Of a stretch of DNA of 64,000 nucleotides, positions 38,524-47,952 are shown piece after piece (position 1 is the stretch's first letter; each line of letters begins with the position of its first letter). This stretch comes from Christensenella sp. UBA7862 (GTDB lineage Bacteria > Bacillota > Clostridia > Christensenellales > UBA1242). The stretch covers positions 25,796 to 89,795 of the forward strand of contig DLSM01000004.1 in NCBI GenBank assembly GCA_002500135.1, in the 5' to 3' direction. A model generated the notes under the pieces. The model was given only the letters and a program-made list of their open reading frames with translations, ran no database searches and was not told the DNA's origin. Both the position numbers and the translations under genes were made by a program.

Positions 38524-41500
38524 TTACAAAACTTTAATAAGTCTGTCGAGCGAGAAAGAATAGATATATGCCCCGTCAATCACTTGATTTAATGCGTGTT
38601 CTAAGCAAGTCTTATAAAGCATAAGTTGAACTTTATATTTTTCGACCAGTTGTTCGGGACGAGAAGCTTTAGTTGTCTTATAATCTATCAAAAAAACCCT
38701 ATTTCCGTCACTTAAAAGCATATCGGCGACCCCTTGGACCAAAATCTTTTTGTCTGTTCCCTCAACAAACAACTGGTTGTAAGGCAAGAAACTTATAAAT
38801 GGCAACTCCCTCGCTACAATTAGTTTGCCCAGTTTTTTAAGATTATTTTCACATAAAGAAATTTTTTCAAAATTGACCAATTTTTTGTATTCATCGGGCA
38901 AGTTAATGTCTTTCAAAATCTTGTCAAATTCTTCTCTTTCAAATGGACTATCAAAGTCAATTTTTTCCATAATTTTGTGATACAAAGTGCCAAGTTTTCC
39001 CATATCAATTTTGCCATTTTTATATTCAAAAACGCTTAATTTTTTTGGAGTTAAATTCAAACTTTCTTCGTCACTGCTATGCTCGGCAAGCAAACTTGAA
39101 ACGGAATTTTTAAGAGCAATGTTACATGGTTTTGGCATTTGAAGAAGCATATTTTTTCTTATTGTTTCTGTCAAATTTTTGTCGTCTTTTGGGAATATAA
39201 TTTGTCTTGATTTTGTGTCGTCAAAGCGAAAATCGTCAAGTTCATACACTTGAAGTTTCACTTCCCCGTCCGACAATGTTTTGACTATTTCTTTCTTCCC
39301 AAGCATAAGGCTTGCTCGCTCAGCGGGTTTTAAGTAAGATAAAATCCAATTCAAATAATTGCCCGCGCCCTCTGCGTCATCGTTTTCTGCAACAAACAAA
39401 TCTTTATTTTCACCTATCACAATAAGGTGATTTTTTGCCCTTGTTAGTGCCACATACAAAAGCCTCAACTCTTCACATCTTTCACTTCTTCGCTTGCTTA
39501 GAAGTATGCAATTTCGGGCAAGATTAGTCGATTTTGAAAAGGAAATTTCATCAAAAGTTTGCATGCCAAGTCCGAAAGTTTTATCCTTTAAAATTGCTTC
39601 TCTAAAGGTCTTTGTTGGGAAATTGTTGCCACACCCCGCCACAAAAACAATGGGATATTCAAGCCCTTTGCTTGCGTGAATTGTGCTTAATGTAACGCCG
39701 TTGTCACTGGTTGCAAGCATTGACGCAAAGCGACCTTCAAAAGCGTAATTTTTGACAAAATCAAGGAAACTGACTAAGTCGTAATTATAGTCCGAACCTT
39801 CAAAACTTTCCACAAAATCTCGCACAATTTTTTCTCTTGCAAAACCGTCAGGAAGGCTTGTGAGATAGTCAAAATACCCCACGCTATCGCAAGCAAAATT
39901 TAATATTTCATGCAACGAATTATATATAAGTTTTTCTCGAATAATGTTTAAAAAATCACAAAATTTTCGTATTTTTTCTGCTATTTTTTGCCCATTTTTT
40001 ATATCTTTTTCGTTATTTTTTTTGCAATTTTCGCTTATATTTTTATCATTTCCATTCGCATTTTGGGTCAAAACATCATTCGCATTTTTGTCAAAATCGT
40101 CTTCTTTTATATTTGAATTTTCATCAAAAATCAATAGGAAATTTTTGACCGCTTGATAGAAATATTTTTCATCGGGACAAGCGGTTCTGATGGTTGCAAG
40201 TTCCGTTTCAGTCACGTTTGCAAATGGACTTAAAAGCACGGTTGCAAGCGACAAATCATCATGAAAATTGCCCGCTAGTTTTAGAATTGACAACAGCGGT
40301 GCCACGTCTTTATTTTGATAAACATTATCTTTTGTGTTTATTTTTGTTGGCACTTTTAGGTCGGTTAGAACTTTTGAAATTTGCTTTAAAGTTTCATTAT
40401 TTCTGCACAAAACTGCAATGTCGCCAAAGGTTATCTTTTTGGCTTTTTGTTCTTTTGCGTCATAAATTTGATAATCATTTTTCAGCATATCAAGAATTTT
40501 TTGAGCAATCAAAAGCCCCTCACATTTTGTTTCGGAAATTTCTTGCTCATAAAGCATTTTATCTTTTGAAATTGAATAAACTTGTGGAAGTTCTACTGAG
40601 GTTTCCTCGTCATTTTTTTCTTTGTTTGTGTTTATCAAATTCACTTCAACAACGGGCATTGGCGACACATGTTCATATTTTGCAAGGCCTCTGAACATGC
40701 CACATTCTTTGTAGTCAATTCCGCCAAAATCAAGTGTCATACACCTTGAAAAAATTTCGTTTGAAAACTGCAAAATAGTGCTGTCACTGCGGAAGTTGTC
40801 GTTCAAAAGTTTAAGCGAGCCATGGGTTTCGTTTGTCTTATAGTCGGCACTTTTGTAAGAAAAAATTTCGGGGGTGCTATTTCTGAAGGCATAAATGCTT
40901 TGCTTCACGTCACCCACCATAACAAGTTTTGCGTGCTTAATAAGCCTAGATATAATCTCCTCTTGCACATAGTTTATGTCTTGATATTCGTCAACAAAAA
41001 CATGAGAAAATGTGAGTGTATTTTGCACTTCATCAAGTTTGCAAATTTCGAGAAATTTTCGTTCAAGGTCGGCAAAGTCAAGCCCATTTCGTTTGTTCTT
41101 TTGTGCTTCATAATGCTTTTCAAAGACCTGTTCCACTTCAATAAGTTTGCCCAAAAGTTGTGATGTCTTTTCAAACTCAATAAACGCCTCTTCTTGCGTT
41201 CTTTGTGGCACATATTGTTTTATAGATTTTAATCTATTTTGCACATCTGTCCAAAACGGCTTGAAGTCGTCTTTAAATGTTTTTTCTTCGTCAGAAAGTT
41301 TTTTGTTTGTCAGTCTTGGAAGTGACATTTCATGTAATGAGGCAATCATTGTCCAAAAATCTTTTGCAGAAGAAACAGTCGCAAGTTGTGCTTGTGCCGC
41401 TTGCAAAAATTCCACAAAATATGGCGCATTTTCTTTTTGGGCTTCAGTTTGTTTTTCCTTAATTCTTCGCTCCAAAAATTTCACATTTCTTAACACATAA

Positions 41501-42117
41501 TCGTTTAAAAATGATATCGCTTTGTTGTCTTCCTTTTTGTAGCAAGAAAGGGCTATGCTTGAAAGATACTTTTCCCTATCCACTATGCCCGTCAAAAAGT
41601 CTTGTAGTGAAAGCACACTTGACTTCAGACCTTCAAACTTTCTTCCGCCACCAAAACTGGAAGACAAAAGAATAAACTCCTTATCCCCACTTTCAGCATA
41701 TTGTTTTATTGTTTTATCAAGTGCCTTTGATTTAAGAAAGTTTGATGAATTGTCATCAAGCACTGCAAAATTTGGCTTAATATTTGCCAAAAAGAAGAAT
41801 TTTCGCAACATTTTTGCACAAAAAGCGTGAATTGTGCTTATATCCCCAAGCGGAAGTTTGGCAAGTTGCGTTGCCACAAACTTGTTGTCTTTTGCAGATT
41901 TTGACAAGGTGTCTTTCAGTCTTATTTTCATTTCCGCACTGGCACTTTCGGTGAAAGTTATAACAAGAAGATTTGTAATATCCACGTGTTCGTCTTCAAT
42001 AAGTCGTGCAATTTTTTCAATGACAGTCATTGTTTTTCCGCTGCCCGCAGATGCCGAAACAAGCAAATTATCGCTGTTGCATGCAAGCACTTGTTCTTGG
42101 TCGTCAGTCCACTTCAT
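38524..42117 (-). CDS. addA: ATP-dependent helicase/nuclease AddA (UvrD-like helicase plus RecB-type nuclease)
   Basis: Walker A SASAGSGKT, VDEYQD, and the C-terminal nuclease motif GVADMLL...LIDYKT. 1197 aa. It overlaps addB by 4 nt. Confidence 0.9.
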   Translation of the reverse strand: MKWTDDQEQVLACNSDNLLVSASAGSGKTMTVIEKIARLIEDEHVDITNLLVITFTESASAEMKIRLKDTLSKSAKDNKFVATQLAKLPLGDISTIHAFCAKMLRKFFFLANIKPNFAVLDDNSSNFLKSKALDKTIKQYAESGDKEFILLSSSFGGGRKFEGLKSSVLSLQDFLTGIVDREKYLSSIALSCYKKEDNKAISFLNDYVLRNVKFLERRIKEKQTEAQKENAPYFVEFLQAAQAQLATVSSAKDFWTMIASLHEMSLPRLTNKKLSDEEKTFKDDFKPFWTDVQNRLKSIKQYVPQRTQEEAFIEFEKTSQLLGKLIEVEQVFEKHYEAQKNKRNGLDFADLERKFLEICKLDEVQNTLTFSHVFVDEYQDINYVQEEIISRLIKHAKLVMVGDVKQSIYAFRNSTPEIFSYKSADYKTNETHGSLKLLNDNFRSDSTILQFSNEIFSRCMTLDFGGIDYKECGMFRGLAKYEHVSPMPVVEVNLINTNKEKNDEETSVELPQVYSISKDKMLYEQEISETKCEGLLIAQKILDMLKNDYQIYDAKEQKAKKITFGDIAVLCRNNETLKQISKVLTDLKVPTKINTKDNVYQNKDVAPLLSILKLAGNFHDDLSLATVLLSPFANVTETELATIRTACPDEKYFYQAVKNFLLIFDENSNIKEDDFDKNANDVLTQNANGNDKNISENCKKNNEKDIKNGQKIAEKIRKFCDFLNIIREKLIYNSLHEILNFACDSVGYFDYLTSLPDGFAREKIVRDFVESFEGSDYNYDLVSFLDFVKNYAFEGRFASMLATSDNGVTLSTIHASKGLEYPIVFVAGCGNNFPTKTFREAILKDKTFGLGMQTFDEISFSKSTNLARNCILLSKRRSERCEELRLLYVALTRAKNHLIVIGENKDLFVAENDDAEGAGNYLNWILSYLKPAERASLMLGKKEIVKTLSDGEVKLQVYELDDFRFDDTKSRQIIFPKDDKNLTETIRKNMLLQMPKPCNIALKNSVSSLLAEHSSDEESLNLTPKKLSVFEYKNGKIDMGKLGTLYHKIMEKIDFDSPFEREEFDKILKDINLPDEYKKLVNFEKISLCENNLKKLGKLIVARELPFISFLPYNQLFVEGTDKKILVQGVADMLLSDGNRVFLIDYKTTKASRPEQLVEKYKVQLMLYKTCLEHALNQVIDGAYIYSFSLDRLIKVL

Positions 42118-45100
42118 CTTGCACCTCCTACAAAGTTTTCTATTGTTATATCCACTTTTGGCGAGCGTTTTTCGTTTCCAAAAAGTTTGTCAAATCGGCA
42201 GAGTGCAGAGTATTCGCACCTTGCACATGGGTCGTCTGGCAAGCATAGTGGACTTGGCTCAATTATGCAATTTGAAATATCGCTACACGCAGATGAAATT
42301 ATGTCAAAAGCATATTGCGAAAGTTTGTCCATTTGAAAACTATCCACAACTTTTGAATATCTTGTGTGAAGCATATCTCCCGTTTCTTTTGCAAGTTTAA
42401 CTTCCACAACATCACTTGTCTTTTCACCTTTTCCTAGCCTGTTGTCGCTTGCGGAAATAACCTCAATATCATCAAGCGTTCTACCTTTTAGTGAATATCT
42501 AGATTGAAGCGTTGTATTTTCGTCTGCAAAGCCTGCTTTAATTGGCAAATAATATGCACCCGCTGGCTTTAGTTTAAGAGAGATTTGAACGGTCTTTATG
42601 TAGGCTTCAAGTTGCACTTTTTTGCCGAAAAATAGTTCCTTGAGTGATGTGTCACACACGCCCGTTTTGTAGTCAATCACTCGGAAGAAATCTTTAAAAA
42701 CGTCAATTCTATCCACTTGTCCCACAAGAGAGATTATCTTCCCTTTTGCTTTAATTTTAAGTGCTTTTATTTTGCTTTTGTCGTCAAATCGCATTTCAAA
42801 ATATTTTGGGCTGAAACTTGACACTTTGGCTTGTTCGTTAAGAGCCAAAGCAAATCTTTTTGCCTCGTTTTGAAGGTTTTTTATAAGCACAGCATTTTTG
42901 CCATTTGCTTGCAGTGACAGGTATTTATCCTTTGAAATTATGTAGTCAAAAATCTCGTCCGTTTTTTTCAAAACAACGTTATTCTCTTGTGGAAGTGTAA
43001 TGTTTTTAAGCAATAAACATGCCACCTCGTGCAAAATATTTCCCACATTCAATGCATCAAAAACACCTTCTTCCTTTTGCCCCAGTCGCAAACCATATCG
43101 CACAAAATGCAGATATGGGCAAAGCATAAAACACTCAATTTGCGACACGCTTGTCTTGTTCTGCAAAAAGAATGGGGACTTATTTAGTTTTGGGTGATTT
43201 TTAAAATTAAATCTTTCAAGATAGTCGTCATCTAAATCATCTTTTAAGGCGTTATACAGCGAACTGTCAAGCGAGTTTAAGTCGCATGAGCCGTCTGAGA
43301 ATGTCCTTAATTCTCGTGTCAAAATTTGCTTGCAAAGCGGCTTTGAAGACAGTGCCACACTTCTTGGCAATGTGTTAAATTCATATTGTGGAATGGTCGA
43401 AAATTTCCCGTCATTTTCCACAACGAACATTTTCCTTATTTCACCCAAAAGTCGTGATTGAGTGCCTATTATGTTGCTTGACAAAAAGAGTTCTTTCTGC
43501 GGTCTAAGCAATAGTTCATAAGACTTAAATCTTTCCTTTTGATTTAGTTCAAAAATTGTTGGCTCAAGTTTGAAACTTGCCTCAAGTTTGGATATTTCTT
43601 GGTCGCTGACAAGCCCGCAGTCGGTGATGTTCTTTGGAAAGGAACCTTCGCTCATATTGAGAATAAAGCCATAATCTCGTCCTTCAAAAAAGCTTGCACT
43701 CGTGTCCCCAACAAACACTGCATCGCATGACAATGGAGTGGTGGAAATTTTGACGCTTGAAAGTCCAACTTTAAGAGTGGAATAAAACATTTTGTGGTCA
43801 CATTCCTCGTCACCCAAAAGACTGTTTATCTGCTCCAAAATATCTTCAAACGCATCATAATATTGTTCAAAAAGTTTTGATTGTTTTATGTTACCTTTTT
43901 GAAAAAAGTCTAGTGACATGTTTCCCAACTTTTCCTTCAAGTTAAGGGTGCTTGCTAGTGACCTATATGCTGCAACAAAATTTCCAAAAGTTTTGCTTTG
44001 AGAAATTTCATTTATAAACCCCTCCATGCAAGTTTTAAGTTGTTCTCGAGTTCTTGAGAACCCTTCAAAATATTCGCTTGTTTCATAGTTTTTGTCCAGC
44101 GACCAAAAGTCGTCAATGGAATAGCAAAGAGTGTAGTCTTCATAGTCTTCTATGTCTTCAAAATTTGCTCCAAAAAGTGGATTTTTGAGTACTCTTAAAG
44201 TTGTTTTTTGCGAAAAGTTTTCTTGCATCATTTCAAAAATTCCGTCAACAAATTGTGGCAAAATTGTCTTTGAAAAATCTTGTGGCAAATCTATAAAATA
44301 GTTTATGTCATTTTTGGCAAATTCTCGTTCCAAAATTTCTCGCTTTGAGGCAAGGTTCGGCACTGCTACAAAAATTTGTTCAAATCCCGCTCCCTCCCGC
44401 ACTATGGATCTAATTTCACCCACGCAAAATTGCACTTCTTCAAGAAAGTTCTTGCCTTGAAAAATTGTCACTGGGCTTTTTTCAACTTTCATGCTGCTTG
44501 GAGAAAATGAAAAGAGATTGTCGGATAAAAATTCAAATTCTTTGTTCCTTGTGCCTTCAGAAGAAATAATCTTTGCATTTGGAAGCATTTTAAGGACACT
44601 TTCTGCAAAGTTTTTTACATAAATATGTTCGTTTGTTGGGTTGTCTGGATAAGTCAAGGCAACACAAAATTTCTTGCACACTTTGGCACAAGCAGACATA
44701 ACGGCAAAGCCTTGATAAGTCCAGCCGTCAAAGTTTGTTATGTAAAGGTTTGAGTTCTTTATGAGTTCACTTTTGGCTATTTCGCTTTCAAGCATGTTAA
44801 GTCTGTCCAAACTATCACAAAGCCCCCTTTGACTGAGTGCTTTTTGATACTCGCCATAGATTAAAGAAATGTCAGCGAGTTTGTTTGCTAAAAGGTCGTC
44901 GCACTCAGCTTTGCACACTTCTTCTGGTGACACTTTGCAACTCTTAAACTGCGCTATCGTGCCAAAGATTGTTTGAGCCAAGTCTGCCGAAAGCCCTTTG
45001 CCAAAATATTTTAATTTTTCCCTATTCTGCGTAAGAATTTTTTGAATAAGCATAACGCTTGTGTTTTTGGAAATTACAGAAACGTTGGGCAAAATTCTGC

Positions 45101-45344
45101 TTGATAATCTTGAAATGGTCACAACTTCTATGTCGCAAGTGGAAGATATGTTAAGTTGTTCAAAAATCTTCTTTTCGCACACAACAGTCATTCTGTCTGG
45201 CACAACAACAATTCTATGCCCACTATCTTCCCCCACAAGTTCTATTGTCTTGTGCAAAAGGTCATCACTTGTCTTGCCAAAAATCACCACTTGTTCGTGG
45301 CGTAAATTTTGACTGGTATTTCTCTCAAACTCTCTTTTGTCCAT
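42114..45344 (-). CDS. addB: Helicase-nuclease subunit AddB/RexB (nuclease and Fe-S cluster; degenerate N-terminal P-loop)
   Basis: C-terminal GQVDRIDV...VIDYKTG nuclease motif and a Cys cluster (C...CARCEYSALC). The N-terminus reads VVIFGKTSDD instead of GxxGxGKT/S. Encoded immediately upstream of addA. Confidence 0.85.
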   Translation of the reverse strand: MDKREFERNTSQNLRHEQVVIFGKTSDDLLHKTIELVGEDSGHRIVVVPDRMTVVCEKKIFEQLNISSTCDIEVVTISRLSSRILPNVSVISKNTSVMLIQKILTQNREKLKYFGKGLSADLAQTIFGTIAQFKSCKVSPEEVCKAECDDLLANKLADISLIYGEYQKALSQRGLCDSLDRLNMLESEIAKSELIKNSNLYITNFDGWTYQGFAVMSACAKVCKKFCVALTYPDNPTNEHIYVKNFAESVLKMLPNAKIISSEGTRNKEFEFLSDNLFSFSPSSMKVEKSPVTIFQGKNFLEEVQFCVGEIRSIVREGAGFEQIFVAVPNLASKREILEREFAKNDINYFIDLPQDFSKTILPQFVDGIFEMMQENFSQKTTLRVLKNPLFGANFEDIEDYEDYTLCYSIDDFWSLDKNYETSEYFEGFSRTREQLKTCMEGFINEISQSKTFGNFVAAYRSLASTLNLKEKLGNMSLDFFQKGNIKQSKLFEQYYDAFEDILEQINSLLGDEECDHKMFYSTLKVGLSSVKISTTPLSCDAVFVGDTSASFFEGRDYGFILNMSEGSFPKNITDCGLVSDQEISKLEASFKLEPTIFELNQKERFKSYELLLRPQKELFLSSNIIGTQSRLLGEIRKMFVVENDGKFSTIPQYEFNTLPRSVALSSKPLCKQILTRELRTFSDGSCDLNSLDSSLYNALKDDLDDDYLERFNFKNHPKLNKSPFFLQNKTSVSQIECFMLCPYLHFVRYGLRLGQKEEGVFDALNVGNILHEVACLLLKNITLPQENNVVLKKTDEIFDYIISKDKYLSLQANGKNAVLIKNLQNEAKRFALALNEQAKVSSFSPKYFEMRFDDKSKIKALKIKAKGKIISLVGQVDRIDVFKDFFRVIDYKTGVCDTSLKELFFGKKVQLEAYIKTVQISLKLKPAGAYYLPIKAGFADENTTLQSRYSLKGRTLDDIEVISASDNRLGKGEKTSDVVEVKLAKETGDMLHTRYSKVVDSFQMDKLSQYAFDIISSACSDISNCIIEPSPLCLPDDPCARCEYSALCRFDKLFGNEKRSPKVDITIENFVGGAR

Positions 45345-45401
45345 AAAATATCCTTTTCTTTCCTATTTTAGCAAAAAAAAGGCAAAAGATAAAGTTATTT
45401 T

Positions 45402-45713
45402 TCACTTACGAGCAAGTTTTTTGAGAAGTCGAGCAATTTTCTCTTGCTGACTTGCGACAACGCCTTCAAGATATTTTGTTCGCTCTGTTTGCTTTTTAAG
45501 TTTTTCTTCTGCCAGTTGCAAATCTACAAGGGTGGAGCGAAAGTTGTCTTGTGCCATGGCACATTCCCGTTTTAAATCGCCTTCAACTTGTGTTATTGCA
45601 TATCTTTTAACAATTTTAACAAGTCCCGAAAACAGTGCATTTATCTCTTGGTCGCCAATGTTCTTTGCGTATTTACTCTTTGCCCGCTCAAAATCTATCA
45701 AAGTTTTCTCCAT
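45402..45713 (-). CDS. Small coiled-coil hypothetical protein (about 103 aa)
   Basis: The track ORF reaches 45773. I prefer the ATG at 45713 (MEKTLIDFERAK...), which has GGGGGA 6 nt upstream. Confidence 0.5.
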   Translation of the reverse strand: MEKTLIDFERAKSKYAKNIGDQEINALFSGLVKIVKRYAITQVEGDLKRECAMAQDNFRSTLVDLQLAEEKLKKQTERTKYLEGVVASQQEKIARLLKKLARK

Positions 45714-45899
45714 ATATTCCCCCACAAAAAATATTGCCAAAAACTCACAATTTAAACCTACAAAAATTGTCAAATGACGGCTGTTTGTGCCGCAAAATCA
45801 TATCTTCCCGCAAGGAAAAATACAAATATATAAATGCAATAATTTGTTATGTAGAAAAAAGAATATATATCAAATTTTTAGCAAAGATAAGGAGAAATT

Positions 45900-46892
45900 A
45901 TGCAAAAATATTTACATATAAAGCCAAGTTTTGACGCTCTTGTAGAAATGGAAAATGAGTCTTTTGAAATGGACAAAAACAAAATTACAACACTTTTATG
46001 CTCAACAGACAAAAATATGACAAAGATAAAATTTTATCCGCTAGACAATCAAAACAAGACGTCAATTCCGTTTAGTGTTCTAGTAAATCTTGAAAGTTGT
46101 TCTGTATCAAATAAGGCAGAAAATGGGTGCCAAAATGTCACTCTTACAAAATATCCACATGACAATATTTTGCTTGAAGTGGAGCCATTTTTGCTTTATG
46201 ACACACCCATTGGCGAACATAAAAAAGAAGTGACCTGTGGGAGCGAAAACTGCACCATTTTTTACACTCGTGGTGGCTCTGGGCTTGTAAAAGTGGAAAA
46301 CAAATCGGATATGTTGCAATTTAGATTTTCAAAGGGCATAGTGACACTTGACGCACGAGCAAACAAGGGGAAAATTCTCATTTGGGCGGAAAATATGAGT
46401 AAAAAATATTCCATTGCACTTATTTCAATAGAAAATCACAAATTTGAACTGGAACGGCTTGAAAATGTGGATATGCTGGAAGAAAACGGCAAAGTTATAA
46501 AAACTTTTCGCAACTTGCACACAGCACTAGGGCATGGAATTGTGGGCGAATATGGCATGACATTTACTGGCAAATATAAACTTGCAAAAATGGGTGACAA
46601 GGCTTCCCCTCATATCAGTCCAAAACTTGTGCCGTATTATTTTCTTGATGCTGTGCGAGTGAAAGACTTTGACTTGGCTAGAAATTATCTATCTTCTGCC
46701 CTATCGCAAGCACTAGATAACAAGCATTTGGAAAAGTTTTTTGGCGAGTTCAAAAACTTTGGGCAAAACTTGGGAGAAAACATTTTTCCCGAAGATGTGG
46801 CTCTTTTTTATGACGAAAATGACATTCAAGTGGCAAAAGTATTCCATTTTGAACTAAAAGATGATAAAATTGCAGATATAACGGAAATTTAA
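45900..46892 (+). CDS. Hypothetical protein (330 aa)
   Basis: Long ORF with AAGGAGA upstream. No motif recognised. Confidence 0.6.
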   Translation: MQKYLHIKPSFDALVEMENESFEMDKNKITTLLCSTDKNMTKIKFYPLDNQNKTSIPFSVLVNLESCSVSNKAENGCQNVTLTKYPHDNILLEVEPFLLYDTPIGEHKKEVTCGSENCTIFYTRGGSGLVKVENKSDMLQFRFSKGIVTLDARANKGKILIWAENMSKKYSIALISIENHKFELERLENVDMLEENGKVIKTFRNLHTALGHGIVGEYGMTFTGKYKLAKMGDKASPHISPKLVPYYFLDAVRVKDFDLARNYLSSALSQALDNKHLEKFFGEFKNFGQNLGENIFPEDVALFYDENDIQVAKVFHFELKDDKIADITEI

Positions 46893-47016
46893 TCTTTAAA
46901 AACCCATTTTATAAAGTAATTAGACCAAAATAGGATATATGTAGTTTAATTTGCCTCAAAATATTTGTCTTTTTTATAAAAAATTGCTAAAATATTCTAC
47001 ATTATAGGAGAAAATT

Positions 47017-47748
47017 ATGTTTGGTTCAGCCTATTGGCAATATTATTTGATGGGAATTATACTTCTTCCCGGTTTGTTGTTTGCAATGTACGCACAGTGG
47101 AAAGTGTCGTCAACTTATGCAAAGTATAGAAAAGTTATGAGCCAAAAACAAGTGTGTGCTGGTGACTTTGTAAGAAGCCTTCTTCCAACGTGCGGGCTAA
47201 CGCATTTGACGGTCAAAAAAATCTCTGGCGAACTTACCGACCATTATGACCCACGAAGCGAAGAAATTTGCTTATCTGACGGGGTGTATGATTCGCAATC
47301 TGTTGCAAGCCTTGGCATTGCTTGTCACGAACTTGGACACGCACTTCAAAAGAAAGAAAAATATGCACCTTATCAAATAAGACGCATATTGGTGCCAGTT
47401 ACAAACATCGCTTCCACCCTTCTTTGGCCACTTGTTGTCATTGGACTTATCTTCAACATTGCAGCCACTGACGGCAGTCTTATTGGAAACATCTTCCTTT
47501 GGAGCGGAATTGGCTTTTTTGGTTTTGCAGTGCTTTTTAACTTGGCAACTCTGCCCGTAGAATTTGACGCTTCCAGAAGGTCACTTAAAATTCTTGAATC
47601 GACAGGAACATTGAACGAAGAAGAACTTGACCAAACCCGAGAAGTTCTTCGTGCCGCTGCCCTGACATATGTCGCAGCCCTTGTCGTGTCCATTCTCAAC
47701 TTCCTCCGCTTCCTTATCGTCATCCTAAGCAAGCGAGATAGAAAATAA
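47017..47748 (+). CDS. YugP-family membrane zinc metallopeptidase (Zn_peptidase_2)
   Basis: YAQWKVSSTYAKY...ISGELTDHYDPRS...SVASLGIACHELGHALQ carries the HExxH motif and the family N-terminus. C-terminal transmembrane segments are present. Confidence 0.8.
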   Translation: MFGSAYWQYYLMGIILLPGLLFAMYAQWKVSSTYAKYRKVMSQKQVCAGDFVRSLLPTCGLTHLTVKKISGELTDHYDPRSEEICLSDGVYDSQSVASLGIACHELGHALQKKEKYAPYQIRRILVPVTNIASTLLWPLVVIGLIFNIAATDGSLIGNIFLWSGIGFFGFAVLFNLATLPVEFDASRRSLKILESTGTLNEEELDQTREVLRAAALTYVAALVVSILNFLRFLIVILSKRDRK

Positions 47749-47844
47749 AACAGAAATTCTTGTAAACATAAAAATCATAAAAAAATATAAAAACAAAAAC
47801 ACCACAAAGGGCTAACAGTTTTGAAACTAGCAGAATAACAAAAT

Positions 47845-47877
47845 AGGAACAATGCAATGCACTGTTCCTTTTATTTT
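47845..47877. terminator. Bidirectional hairpin terminator shared by the convergent peptidase and helicase genes
   Basis: AGGAACA (47845-47851) pairs with TGTTCCT (47863-47869), followed by TTTTATTTT. An A-rich run on the left gives a U-tract for the minus-strand transcript. Confidence 0.6.
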
Positions 47878-47952
47878 GGTTTTAATAATTATATAATCTG
47901 CTTATATCTAGTACTATTTTATGTTTTTACATATTAGTAAAATCAATTAAAT

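Noticed and set aside
41834-42400. 188-aa plus-strand ORF spanning the addA/addB junction.
   Set aside because: It is antisense to both add genes, which have clear helicase and nuclease motifs. It is a shadow ORF.
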